A DNA stretch of 32,000 bases from Ignicoccus islandicus DSM 13165 (GTDB lineage: Archaea > Thermoproteota > Thermoprotei_A > Sulfolobales > Ignicoccaceae): assembly GCF_001481685.1 (NCBI RefSeq), contig NZ_CP006867.1, positions 960,001 to 992,000 on the forward strand, given 5' to 3'. The notes under the pieces were generated by a model, which made no database searches, was not told where the DNA came from, and saw only the letters and a program-made list of their open reading frames with translations. The first letter of the stretch is position 1. Every line of letters starts with the position of its first letter. The position numbers were made by a program, and so were the translations under genes. This document shows positions 8,273-17,736 of this stretch, piece after piece.

Positions 8273-9229
8273 TTATTTTATTTTCGCGTAAACAGCGGAT
8301 AAAATTAATGGTAGTAGAACGGTCGCGTCGCCGTATACAACTACGCTCTTCCCGGAAGGCTTCAATTTGCCCCAGCTGATGGCCTCCCTAGGCTGCGCCC
8401 CGCTCAAGCTTCCATCGAATTCGAGCGCAGTTGTTAGGTAAACTGCGTAGTCCAGTCCTCCTTTAAATTGGTTCCACCATATAACGTGGTGTTTGCTTAT
8501 TCCTCCTCCAATTATTAGGGCAGCCGATTTCTCACTATTGAATACCTTCTGCGATAACAACCTTTCGTCTTCCAACAAGTTCAAGTAAATTTTCTTTCCT
8601 TCAAGCCTCTTCTTTTCCGAATAAGTAAGGATAGCTGTACCGAAGGCCCCATCTGTTATACCGGGCACAATTATTGGAACGTTCCTCTCATACGCTTTCC
8701 TTAATATCGAATTTTCGTCCTCTAACTTACTCCCCGCCTCCATTAAGAGCTTCCACGGAACTATTTCCTCCCACTCCAGCTCATCTAGTAGTTGATGAAC
8801 GAACTTCTCTACTGGTGGTCCGTAGTTCTCGAAAGGTATAAACACGTTGCCTAATCTGTGTATCTCGAGTTCGGCCAGCATCTTATCGTCGACATTGAAG
8901 TATCCCTTATAGTATTCGTGCCCTAGTGCCCTAGCTACGTCGTGATCTAAGGTACCGCAAGTAGTCACGATTACGTCCACTAGACCTTTATCTATGAGTT
9001 GAGCTATGACTCCCCTCAAGCCCGTCGCTACCAAGTTGGCCGTAAAGGAAAGGAACCTCAAGTCGGCTTCAGAAAGCCCTTCAGAGAGTATGTCCACTGC
9101 CTCCTTTACGTTGACGGCACTGAATCCGTGAATCTTCCCGAACTTCTCTATGAGATCTACTACCGTATCGTTCGGGTCTACCTTAACGTCTTCAATCCGC
9201 TCCACTAAGAGGTCCTTCCTATCTACCAT
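8273..9229 (-). CDS. dys: Deoxyhypusine synthase
   Basis: TCGTLDHDVARALGHEYYKGYF, VPIIVPGITDGAFGTAI, GGGISKHHVIWWNQFKGGLDYAVYLTTALEFDGSLSGAQPREAISWGK. Confidence 0.95.
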   Translation of the reverse strand: MVDRKDLLVERIEDVKVDPNDTVVDLIEKFGKIHGFSAVNVKEAVDILSEGLSEADLRFLSFTANLVATGLRGVIAQLIDKGLVDVIVTTCGTLDHDVARALGHEYYKGYFNVDDKMLAELEIHRLGNVFIPFENYGPPVEKFVHQLLDELEWEEIVPWKLLMEAGSKLEDENSILRKAYERNVPIIVPGITDGAFGTAILTYSEKKRLEGKKIYLNLLEDERLLSQKVFNSEKSAALIIGGGISKHHVIWWNQFKGGLDYAVYLTTALEFDGSLSGAQPREAISWGKLKPSGKSVVVYGDATVLLPLILSAVYAKIK

Positions 9230-9338
9230 TACCCTTCAACCGAGGAAGGAAGAGGAGAGGGTTAACTTAAAACCTCGGCCAAATGCCTTCCGGTCATTAA
9301 GAAATCCCTACCGGGAGTACTCCTCATCTAGATGGTCT

Positions 9339-9659
9339 TTAACCGAAGAGGGCTCCCAAGCCGGCTGAGAGCTCCTCCTCGCTCACTTCCTCCTTCTTCT
9401 CTTCCTCTTCCTCCTTCTCTTCCTTCTTCTCCTCAGCAGCCGGAGCAGCTGCCGGGGCGGCTACTGGAGCTGCAGCCACTGGCAAGGCCGCGCTCTTCAA
9501 TACCTCGTCAATGTTCACTTCCTTCAAGGCGGCTACCAATGCCTTTACCCTGGTCTCGTCCACTTGAACTCCTGCCGCCTCTAGGACCTTCTTTATTGCC
9601 TCCTCGGTTATCTCCTTACCGGCGCTATGGAGCAAGAGGGAAGCGTATATGTACTCCAT
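9339..9659 (-). CDS. rpl12: Archaeal ribosomal stalk protein P1 (L12)
   Basis: [35 protein letters not shown]..., Ala-rich hinge, acidic [14 protein letters not shown]-terminal LGALFG. Confidence 0.95.
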   Translation of the reverse strand: MEYIYASLLLHSAGKEITEEAIKKVLEAAGVQVDETRVKALVAALKEVNIDEVLKSAALPVAAAPVAAPAAAPAAEEKKEEKEEEEEKKEEVSEEELSAGLGALFG

Positions 9660-9710
9660 CGTTCCACCGACTGATAAAGGCAGATAGATGGATTAAAATG
9701 GGTTCTCCTG

Positions 9711-11147
9711 TTATTTTTCAATTTTCTTTAGGACGATCTGAGTGTGGGTGCTTTCCACGCCTTTGACGTTCCTTATGGAATCCAATACGCTGTTTAGGAA
9801 CGCGTGGTCTGGGCTGACGACCTTGACTAGTAGATCGTAGTCGCCAGTTATCTCGGCGACCTCTCTAACGCCCTCTATTGAGCTTAGTTTCCTAGCCACG
9901 GAGCTAGTGAACGCATTGGAGTCAACCTTAATCCACACTATAGCCTCGAGGTTCTCGGTAACTCTCGGCTTTAACACCCTTCCGGTAACTTTCTCAGCAA
10001 TAGTTACGAGGGTATCATCAGTGAGGAACTTGACGTTGCTTCTCTTGATTTCTTCTAATACCTTTAGGAGCTCGTCGTCGCTCAAACGAATGCCTAATTT
10101 CTCAAGTTTCGCTTTGACTGCCTTCTTACCAGTGTACTTGTCTATTACGTAGTCCCTACTCCTTCCAATGAGCTCGGGCGGGAAGGCCTCGTAGGTTCTC
10201 GGGTCAGCCAGTATACCGGCCACGTGCACTCCGGCCTTGTGAATGAAGGCGTAGTCTCCTATAACTGGAGCATTGTAAGGCACCTCGAGACCGGAGTACC
10301 TCTCAACCATTCTAGTTATTTCCATTAACTTACTCAGATTAACTAGGTCTACGTCGAAGTGAACCTTGACAGCTACAGCAAAGGTCTGAAGTGGGACTAT
10401 TCCGACCCTCTCGCCTAGACCGTTTACGGTAACGTGAACCACAGTGGCGCCTCCCATTACGGCACCGAACGCAGTTGCTACGGCCATACCGAGGTCGTTG
10501 TGGACGTGAATGTCGTATTCAACGTTAGGTACCCTTTGTACCATGTGTTCGAAGAACCTCTTAGCGGTCCATGGGGTTAAGACTCCTACAGTATCCGCTA
10601 AGCTCACCCTATCAGCTCCAGCGTCCCTAGCGGTCCTAACTACCTCCTCTAGGTACTCCACGTCCGCCCTGGAGGCATCTTCTGCAGTGAACCTTACTTT
10701 CACTCCGTAACTCTTGGCGTACTCTACCATTTCGCCTATTATTTGAAGCGCCTCTTCCCTACTCTTCCTGTGTTTCGACTTCAAGTGGATATCGCTAACT
10801 CCATAGAATATAGCTATTCTATCAGGTTCGACGTCAGCTGCAACGTCTATGTCGCTCTTAACCGCTCTGCTGTGAGCGACTATCTCGGCCCTTATCTCCC
10901 CGTCCCTTTTCATTGCAGCTATCCTACTGACGGCTTCCTTTACGTCTGGAGCTACTGCTGGGTGACCGGCCTCTATCATGTGAACTCCTAGCTCGTCCAG
11001 CTTCTTCGCAATGTCTATCTTCTGATCGATTGTGAAGCTTACTCCGGGCGTCTGTTCGCCTTCCCTTAGGGTCGCGTCTAGTAACCTCAATCTAGCGAAT
11101 TTGTCCCTATACCCTAATATCTCCTCTTGAAACACGGGTCCAGACAA
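9711..11147 (-). CDS. Homocitrate synthase / alpha-isopropylmalate synthase family enzyme with C-terminal Lrp/AsnC-type (RAM) ligand-binding domain
   Basis: LRLLDATLREGEQTPGVSF, IHVHNDLGMAVA, VNGLGERVGI; C-terminal AIVWIKVDSNAF...VREVAEITGDYDLLVKVV...GVESTHTQIVLKKI. Confidence 0.85.
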   Translation of the reverse strand: MSGPVFQEEILGYRDKFARLRLLDATLREGEQTPGVSFTIDQKIDIAKKLDELGVHMIEAGHPAVAPDVKEAVSRIAAMKRDGEIRAEIVAHSRAVKSDIDVAADVEPDRIAIFYGVSDIHLKSKHRKSREEALQIIGEMVEYAKSYGVKVRFTAEDASRADVEYLEEVVRTARDAGADRVSLADTVGVLTPWTAKRFFEHMVQRVPNVEYDIHVHNDLGMAVATAFGAVMGGATVVHVTVNGLGERVGIVPLQTFAVAVKVHFDVDLVNLSKLMEITRMVERYSGLEVPYNAPVIGDYAFIHKAGVHVAGILADPRTYEAFPPELIGRSRDYVIDKYTGKKAVKAKLEKLGIRLSDDELLKVLEEIKRSNVKFLTDDTLVTIAEKVTGRVLKPRVTENLEAIVWIKVDSNAFTSSVARKLSSIEGVREVAEITGDYDLLVKVVSPDHAFLNSVLDSIRNVKGVESTHTQIVLKKIEK

Positions 11148-11291
11148 TTTCTGCGAACACCGCTCTAGGGGATATTAAGGGATTTATTTGCTAGTCCCTA
11201 TCCACCTCCAAATGCAATTACGTATCTCGCTTACTCCAATCGAAGGCTAATACTAAATTCGTTGATACTATACGTCTAGTTCGATGGTAAA

Positions 11292-11987
11292 TTGAGGAAG
11301 CCGAAGGAGCCCAGCGTCATTGGTTTCATGACCCTAGCGATCATTGGAAGTTCGATAGTATCGGGCTTCAACATCTTCGAGTTCGCTGTAGCAATTGGTT
11401 TGCTCGTTCTCCACTTGCTTACCTTCGACGAAGCGTTCGGTGCGATAAGAGCTGGGAGTTTTCCATTGAAATTGATAGCGATCAACGCGTTACCCTATCT
11501 CGTACTAGGACTCTGGACCAAGGCTTGGTTCCTGGTTTTCCCGGCATTGTTCTTACTGTCCTATTTACTGTTAGCTTTCAAGAGAGGTAACGACGAGATC
11601 ACTTACGTCCTAGGTTCATCGATACCCATATTGCCGGCTCTAGTCGTACCCCTAGCCTTGAATAAGTTCAACGACGTAACTGTAATTTACTGGGCGTTGT
11701 TAACGCTCTATGCAGTAGCTACAGCCGCTTACGTTGAAACGAAGCTCCCTTGGAGGAACCTTAATAACAAGGTTCCATTGCTCCTATGGTCTCCCAGTTA
11801 CGTGTTTATCGTTTTCGAACCTTTACTGGCATTAGCGCTGGTAGAACCCACAATTAAGTTCGCGCGAACAGCCATTTCGAACTCGAAAGTCCATCCGAAG
11901 GAGCTGAAGAAACTGGGTTGGAGGGAAATGGGAAGGAGCCTCTTGTTCGCGTTCCTTGTAGTATTTCTCTTGAGCAAATATACCTAA
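11292..11987 (+). CDS. Multi-spanning membrane protein (YwiC-like appearance), TTG start
   Basis: 231-aa hydrophobic ORF ending HPKELKKLGWREMGRSLLFAFLVVFLL. Confidence 0.6.
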   Translation: MRKPKEPSVIGFMTLAIIGSSIVSGFNIFEFAVAIGLLVLHLLTFDEAFGAIRAGSFPLKLIAINALPYLVLGLWTKAWFLVFPALFLLSYLLLAFKRGNDEITYVLGSSIPILPALVVPLALNKFNDVTVIYWALLTLYAVATAAYVETKLPWRNLNNKVPLLLWSPSYVFIVFEPLLALALVEPTIKFARTAISNSKVHPKELKKLGWREMGRSLLFAFLVVFLLSKYT

Positions 11988-12038
11988 CTAGATGAAGGAT
12001 ATTACTAGAGGCAGGTTCATCTACGGGGGCACTATATT

Positions 12039-14492
12039 TTGGGAGGGCTTAGATGTCCTAACGAAATTTGGATTGTTAATGACCAGATTAAGGAGTTCGC
12101 GTGTTATTACGAGTGCGAACGGAACAAACCCTGTATCAAGGAAACGGACGTTTACGGAGCTGAAATAATTTCCGTCATGGGTAAGCTATACCGTAAAGGT
12201 AATCGAATAGGCGCTCATCGTGGGAGCGGTAGCGGCGTAGTTTACTTGAAGCCCGTTCCCGGAGTTCGGGAAATAAGAGTTGGAACTTCAGTAATAACTG
12301 TAAAGAAGTTGCAGTTCAGCTTGAACGTAAAGGAAGCTTACCTACTAGCTCCGACGGACGTTACCTTAAAGTTCGAAGGAGATGAAGGCGAAATAGCGTT
12401 CAAGGGCTACCTCTACGGTTACCCTGTTCAAGGCTCCGTCCGGGTGCCTAAGGAGGAAGTCTTAACGGTTTTGCCGCGAAGCGAGGTAGGAGGGTTTTTA
12501 GAATTCGAAACGACGCCCATCTACCTGTTCGAGTTCTCGCTGCCTAAGCCTAAGGTACCAGTTAAGGACATGAAAGTATTGGAAGAGCCCTACTTGGGTT
12601 CGAGGGTATTAGTGAGCGTGGAAGTTCGCCCTAACTCGGAGTTTCAAGTGGAGGCCTACGGTGATCTGGCCAGGGGCAAGAGCGACAGCAAGGGAAAGGG
12701 AGCCGTCACAATAACCGTGAAAGAGAAGATTGGTAAGGGGAGGGTCACTGTAGGGCTATACTCGAAGGAGTTCGATCTACCCCTCCCAAAAGAGCCCTTC
12801 AGAATGGACGTAGTTGAAATAGGTAAGCGCAACAGGCTCAACCTCTCGATTACGTCCTCTATAGAGGCGGAAGTAGAGGTCGAGGTAGTCGGCTTAGACG
12901 CTCCGTTTAATAAGAAATTGCTTTTAAAGAGAGGCAAGAACCTCTTCAGTCTCGCTCTTCCCAAGCTTAAAGGATTCTCGGAACTGCGAGAGATAACTGT
13001 AAGGCTTAAATATGGAACTTACGAGTGTTCTAAGAAGTTATTAGCGAAGATAAGTGGAATGGCTAGAGTCGTGGCCTTCGATGGCAAGCGATTATGGATA
13101 TACTCCGAAGGGGACCTCGATTACGGTCAAATTAAGTTAATGAAGGGCGTTAACGTAATAAAACCTCCAATTAAGAACTTCGAAGTAAAGGAGAGATACC
13201 TAATTAGGGGACCGTTCGATGTAGACGAAGTAGTGGCCGTCTCTAAAGGTAAGTGCGTCCAAGTGATTGGTGATTCTATAGGAACCTTCTGCTTGGATGG
13301 AACAGTTAAGTTCGTAAGCGCTAACGGTGAATGGGTACTCTTCTCAGACGGAGCGAGGAGCGTGATTGCGCAGTCCCCAAGAAGTATCGGTAAGGTAATT
13401 GAAATAGGTGGGAACGTAGGTGCTTGCGCTAAGGGGATGCCGATAATATGTAATGAAAGCGGTTGCTTCAGGGTTCGTAATGGATCGTTGACTAAGGTCT
13501 TCGAAGGAGCCGAGAAGATAGAGGGTCCCTTCTTACTATGGAAAGGTAAGTTGTACGTGATAGAAGGGAACGAAGTTAGGGAAGTGACTGAGGCGGATAA
13601 CTTCTCTTACTTCGATGGTAAACTGGCTGTCTTAAAGGGAAGCGTAGTTGAGGTCGAAGGGAAGAAGTTCGAATTAGACGCTGACGAAATTTCAATTAGT
13701 TACGATTTCTTAATAGCGTTAAAAGGTAGAACAATGAAAGTGTATGACCTAGACGGCAACTTACTTTACGTTCATTCGCAAGAAATTGAGAGTGCCAAGG
13801 CTCTCCCCAACGGGGCAGCCCTTTCAAAGGGAGGAGAACTATTGATAGGGGAATTCGTCCCGGACCTCATAGAGGAACCCCTCTTCGTAACTAGTCATAC
13901 AATAGAGTGGAGTTACGAGGACTTGCACTTCGTTACGCGCAATTACCAATTGTTCGAGGAGGTGGAAGGCTGCGAGGCGCTTAACGAGTACTTGCTCCCC
14001 GAGGAGGGGTTCGTTGCGTGTAAGGTAGTTTACTCAGACGAACGCTACAAACCGTACGCATCCCACCTAGAGTCGTTCGAAACGGTTGCCAAGCTCTTCA
14101 AGCTTTCCCGTTTGATGAGAAGAGGTGAAAAACTAAGGAACTTGTTCCTGAAGGTATTGGACGAGAGCCTCCCATTAAACGAGATAGAATTGAGGAAACT
14201 ACTAGAGCGGTTGAGGAACGAGCTCGAAGAAGGAAGGATTGAACTAGAAAGCGTTAGGGAGATCGAGAACGTAATTAGAACTTTCCAAAAACCGCCGGAG
14301 GGCTCAGCAGAAGTATTCAGGGAAGTACTTTCTCTCAAAAACGATATGGAATTAGGGAAATTCCTATCAGAAAGGAGCATCTCCGCTTACGATTTAATTA
14401 AGGTTCTAAGCGCGGAGGTCAAGTATCCAAGGAAGCTAATAAGGGACGCCATAGAGACAGTGAACGCGATTAAAGCCATTAGGGGCCTATGA
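12039..14492 (+). CDS. Large (817 aa) protein of unknown function: Cys-containing N-terminus, beta-rich middle with repeated blade-like segments, helical C-terminus
   Basis: Single long ORF starting at TTG; N-terminal CPNEIWIVNDQIKEFACYYECERNKPC; repeated strand-turn segments (FDGKRLWIYSEG, GKLYVIEGNEV, GRTMKVYDLDGNLLYV); Lys/Glu-rich helices at the end. No obvious signal peptide. Confidence 0.75.
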   Translation: MGGLRCPNEIWIVNDQIKEFACYYECERNKPCIKETDVYGAEIISVMGKLYRKGNRIGAHRGSGSGVVYLKPVPGVREIRVGTSVITVKKLQFSLNVKEAYLLAPTDVTLKFEGDEGEIAFKGYLYGYPVQGSVRVPKEEVLTVLPRSEVGGFLEFETTPIYLFEFSLPKPKVPVKDMKVLEEPYLGSRVLVSVEVRPNSEFQVEAYGDLARGKSDSKGKGAVTITVKEKIGKGRVTVGLYSKEFDLPLPKEPFRMDVVEIGKRNRLNLSITSSIEAEVEVEVVGLDAPFNKKLLLKRGKNLFSLALPKLKGFSELREITVRLKYGTYECSKKLLAKISGMARVVAFDGKRLWIYSEGDLDYGQIKLMKGVNVIKPPIKNFEVKERYLIRGPFDVDEVVAVSKGKCVQVIGDSIGTFCLDGTVKFVSANGEWVLFSDGARSVIAQSPRSIGKVIEIGGNVGACAKGMPIICNESGCFRVRNGSLTKVFEGAEKIEGPFLLWKGKLYVIEGNEVREVTEADNFSYFDGKLAVLKGSVVEVEGKKFELDADEISISYDFLIALKGRTMKVYDLDGNLLYVHSQEIESAKALPNGAALSKGGELLIGEFVPDLIEEPLFVTSHTIEWSYEDLHFVTRNYQLFEEVEGCEALNEYLLPEEGFVACKVVYSDERYKPYASHLESFETVAKLFKLSRLMRRGEKLRNLFLKVLDESLPLNEIELRKLLERLRNELEEGRIELESVREIENVIRTFQKPPEGSAEVFREVLSLKNDMELGKFLSERSISAYDLIKVLSAEVKYPRKLIRDAIETVNAIKAIRGL

Positions 14493-14516
14493 AGATACCT
14501 CCTCTCAAACGATAAG

Positions 14517-15272
14517 ATGAAGAGCCTCACGGTATCTGAGGCTCCGATGGTGCGTGCAATGCTATGGATAGTCGATCTCGACGGAGTTGTTTGGAGGGGA
14601 AAGGAATACATTTGGGAGAACGTTGAGGCCTTAAGGAAACTGGAAGGAGAGAAAGTTTTCCTTACCAATAAGGCCACGTCTAGGTGGGAAATACGAGAAA
14701 GGCTCGAGAAAGTAGGGCTAGATGGAGACGTGGTAACTTCCGCCTACGTAGCCGCTTCGTACCTAAAGGAGAACGGTATCCGGAGCGCCTTCGCTTTAGG
14801 GCCAATGGGTCTATACGAGGAACTTTCTATTAATGGAATTCACCTAACTGATCAAATAGAGCTAGTTAAGGCCGTTGTAGCCGGTCTCGACCAATTCGTA
14901 ACGTACGATAAGATAGCGTTGGCTACAGAGGCTATTACGAAGGGTGCCCTCTTCGTTGCTACCAATCGCGATAGAACGTATCCCACCGAGAAGGGGCTGA
15001 AACCGGGCGCAGGTAGCGTTGTGGAGGCAATAAGGGTCAGTTCGGGCATCGAGCCTATAGTGGTGGGTAAACCTAGTAAGATAGCCTTTGAGGTAGCTTC
15101 CAAGGGAAGGAAAGACGTAGTAGTGATAGGAGACAAATTGGAGACTGACGTGAAAATGGCCTTGGAGAACGGCGCTAAGGCAGTCTTAGTTCTCACCGGC
15201 GTAACTAAGGAAGTAAGGGAAGTACCTCCGGGCGTTAAGGTCGTACGGAACTTGAGGGAACTCTTGGAGTAA
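14517..15272 (+). CDS. HAD-superfamily sugar phosphatase, NagD-like
   Basis: WIVDLDGVVWRG (motif I), VFLTNKATSR, GKPSKIAFEVA, VVVIGDKLETDVKMALENGAKAVLVLTG. Confidence 0.9.
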   Translation: MKSLTVSEAPMVRAMLWIVDLDGVVWRGKEYIWENVEALRKLEGEKVFLTNKATSRWEIRERLEKVGLDGDVVTSAYVAASYLKENGIRSAFALGPMGLYEELSINGIHLTDQIELVKAVVAGLDQFVTYDKIALATEAITKGALFVATNRDRTYPTEKGLKPGAGSVVEAIRVSSGIEPIVVGKPSKIAFEVASKGRKDVVVIGDKLETDVKMALENGAKAVLVLTGVTKEVREVPPGVKVVRNLRELLE

Positions 15273-15281
15273 ACGTAAGGG

Positions 15282-15344
15282 GAGCGCCGGATCGGTAGGG
15301 TCACCGCGGGCTCTGCGGCCCCCTCAACCCCCCGATGGCACTCA
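15282..15344 (-). other. GC-rich stem-loop directly at/after the thiC stop codon (3' hairpin, possible terminator or ncRNA)
   Basis: Minus-strand GAGTGCC-ATCGG ... CCGAT-CC-GGCGCTC forms about 12 bp with a 2-nt bulge; inner stem CCGC-AGAGCCC-GCGG. One pair is G-U on the minus strand but C-A on the plus strand, which favours a minus-strand RNA. Confidence 0.5.
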
Positions 15345-16694
15345 CTTGGACGCAACGGGAATATTTAAGTTCTTCTCTTCTTTACCTCTCCTCCATTTCT
15401 CAAGTAGTAGGAATACGCATAGGGATCCGCACATGTTGCAGCTCTTTAGAGGCGTTGGCCCGTATTGGTTCCTTATTTCCTTCGCCCTGTCAGGATCTAA
15501 GGACAAGTTTATCATGCACTCCCAATCCAGTGCCGCCCTACATCTACCCATCTCCAAGTCCCTCTTCATCGCCCTTTCCGGATACTTCACGATGTCGGCT
15601 GCGTGTGCAGCTATCTTGAAGGCAATGACGCCTTCCCTTACTTGCTCTGGGTTGGGGAGGTTCAAGTGTTCGGCCGGAGTTACGTAACACAAGAAGTCGG
15701 CTCCGTTAGCGGCAGCTACGGCACCACCTATTGCTCCAGCAATGTGATCGTAACCGGCTGCTATGTCGGTAACTAAGGGACCTAAGATGTAGTACGGGGC
15801 CCCTTCAGTTAACCTCTTAGCGAGCTTAACGTCGGCAATTACCCTGTCAAGTGGAACGTGACCGGGTCCCTCGAGCATTACTTGAACTCCCGCTTCCCTA
15901 GCCCTCTTAACCAACCTCGCGTTGTTTATTAATTCACTTATATGGAACTCGTCGTGCGCGTCCTCTAAGGCACCCGGTCTCAAGCTGTCGCCCAAACTTA
16001 TCACGGCGTCGTATTCCTTGAACATCTCTAGTATGTAATCGAAATTAGAGTAAAGCGGGTTCTCTTTATCGTGCTCGAGCATCCAAGCAGCAATTATCGA
16101 TCCTCCTCTGCTTACAATTGGTTCCGCTCTGTTACTCCTAACGGCCTTGAGAGCGAGGTCTTTCGTTAAGGCAGCGTGGAGGGTCATGAAATCAACTCCG
16201 TCCTTCAAGTGCTTTTCTATCGTGTTAAGAACGTCGTCTTCCGTCATGTTTATTCCAGCTCCCTTCTTGGTGGTAACGTCCATGAAAGCCTGATATATTG
16301 GAACGGTGCCCAAGGGTAGTGGCTCGGCCGCCTCCATTATCTTCCTCCTAATTACGTCCAAGTTGCCTCCAGTGGAGAGGTCCATCACGGTGTCCGCTCC
16401 ATACTTCTTAGCTATTTTAGCTTTCTCTATTTCCATATTCAAGTCTATCAATGTGTTACTAGTTCCTATGTTGGCGTTGACTTTAGTTAACATGCCCTCG
16501 CCTACAGCTACTATCTTAACCTTATCGGCCCTTTTAACGTTCCTTAACAGAACGATTCTGCCTGCAGCTATTCCATTCCTTACCTTCTCTACGTCTACGC
16601 CCTCCACTTCAGCTATCTTCTTCATTTCATCAGTCACGACGCCCCTTCTAGCAGCTTGTATTATAGTTCCCATAAAGTACGACCTATACCTCAT
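15342..16694 (-). CDS. thiC: Phosphomethylpyrimidine synthase
   Basis: [82 protein letters not shown]-terminal CNMCGSLC cluster. Confidence 0.95.
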   Translation of the reverse strand: MRYRSYFMGTIIQAARRGVVTDEMKKIAEVEGVDVEKVRNGIAAGRIVLLRNVKRADKVKIVAVGEGMLTKVNANIGTSNTLIDLNMEIEKAKIAKKYGADTVMDLSTGGNLDVIRRKIMEAAEPLPLGTVPIYQAFMDVTTKKGAGINMTEDDVLNTIEKHLKDGVDFMTLHAALTKDLALKAVRSNRAEPIVSRGGSIIAAWMLEHDKENPLYSNFDYILEMFKEYDAVISLGDSLRPGALEDAHDEFHISELINNARLVKRAREAGVQVMLEGPGHVPLDRVIADVKLAKRLTEGAPYYILGPLVTDIAAGYDHIAGAIGGAVAAANGADFLCYVTPAEHLNLPNPEQVREGVIAFKIAAHAADIVKYPERAMKRDLEMGRCRAALDWECMINLSLDPDRAKEIRNQYGPTPLKSCNMCGSLCVFLLLEKWRRGKEEKNLNIPVASK

Positions 16695-16775
16695 ATTCTA
16701 AAGAATTTTAATAAGTGATTTGGTTTCGTCTCCGTGATCGCTTTAGAGCGTAAATTTTGACGCCGTACACGAAAA

Positions 16776-17294
16776 TTAAAGACTGGAAAGCTTCTCCTTC
16801 TTCATCCATTCGTACTTATCTGAGGTCTCTGAAGGTAATCTCAAGAGCTCTACGTAACCGAACGCGCTCAACGCGACCGCTTCTGATAGGTTAGCGAGGG
16901 TTAGCTCGTTCGGATGGAGTAGCATTCCATTTATCTCTATTTTCCTCTTTACAATGACGTAAACCTTGCCGTTCTCGTCCGCTATTACCTCGTCCAAGGC
17001 GTCTACGTAATCAGATATTATTCTTAGTATGAGTTCAATTAGGTTGGAGTCAACGCTATCGTTAGGCACCTCCTCACCTATCATTGCTTTATATATCCTG
17101 AACTTGAACAAGTTCTTGAACATTCTCTTGTATTCCCTTAACCTCTCTCCGCAGTTTTCTCTATTAGTTGACTCCGAACACATTACCGCGAACTTTCTAT
17201 ATTCCGAAATTAGCTCTTCCCACGTAGTGGCCGATACGTTGAGCAAGTCGTTTGTATCCAATTCCCTTTTAAGGAGGTCGAACAAGCTCTTCAA
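16776..17294 (-). CDS. Hypothetical protein (172 aa, soluble, mostly helical)
   Basis: Uninterrupted ORF in a coding gap; no family recognised. Confidence 0.55.
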   Translation of the reverse strand: MKSLFDLLKRELDTNDLLNVSATTWEELISEYRKFAVMCSESTNRENCGERLREYKRMFKNLFKFRIYKAMIGEEVPNDSVDSNLIELILRIISDYVDALDEVIADENGKVYVIVKRKIEINGMLLHPNELTLANLSEAVALSAFGYVELLRLPSETSDKYEWMKKEKLSSL

Positions 17295-17369
17295 TGCGAT
17301 CCGATCTCGTAATACGTGCGTATCCTTTAAACCAGTGGAAGCGCGGGAGGGGTTCAGTAGTCTTCAACG

Positions 17370-17660
17370 TTATCCGCGAGCTATCGAAGTTACGTTCGAA
17401 AGCAACTGGTACGTTAGTTTCGGGTATTCGTGGATCTTTGTTATAACGCTGTATATCGCTATAGCCCACAGTATTCCTTCCATAACTAAGGTAGCGTAGA
17501 ACACGTACTCGTTATTATTGAAGAAAATTAGTACCATTAAGAACGGTAGTGCCATGTAAGTCATTAGTAACAAGTGTAATAAGGTAAAGCTCAAGGTTGA
17601 ATTCACGAGGAAGCCGGAGAGCGCCGTTATTGTTGCTGAGGTAGCGTTGAGTACAACCAT
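17370..17660 (-). CDS. Small membrane protein (96 aa)
   Basis: Two to three hydrophobic helices (LLHLLLMTYMALPFLMVLIFF, YATLVMEGILWAIAIYSVI). Confidence 0.5.
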   Translation of the reverse strand: MVVLNATSATITALSGFLVNSTLSFTLLHLLLMTYMALPFLMVLIFFNNNEYVFYATLVMEGILWAIAIYSVITKIHEYPKLTYQLLSNVTSIARG

Positions 17661-17736
17661 TTCAGCTCCTCTGTCCCCCGCGCGTTACCTAACATAAATA
17701 CTACTGGTCCATAACCGATTATTAGGTCAAGCGATT

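Noticed and set aside
9332-9766. 144-aa plus-strand ORF (Pro/Ser/Leu-rich)
   Set aside because: Antisense to the ribosomal stalk protein P1 Ala/Glu-rich hinge.
15282-15344. TPP riboswitch near thiC
   Set aside because: The structured element is at the 3' end and shows none of the TPP core motifs; the thiC 5' region is short.
15342-15430. C-X2-C-X3-C spacing in ThiC (CNMCGSLC) as a possible novelty
   Set aside because: I recall related spacing in clostridial/archaeal-type ThiC proteins, so it is probably family variation.
15335-15619. Plus-strand ORF over the thiC 3' end
   Set aside because: Antisense to the conserved ThiC C-terminus; Ser/Pro/Leu-biased composition.
17029-17499. 156-aa plus-strand ORF between thiC and the giant ATPase
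   Set aside because: Overlaps two better-supported minus-strand ORFs and has Ser/Asn-rich antisense-like composition.
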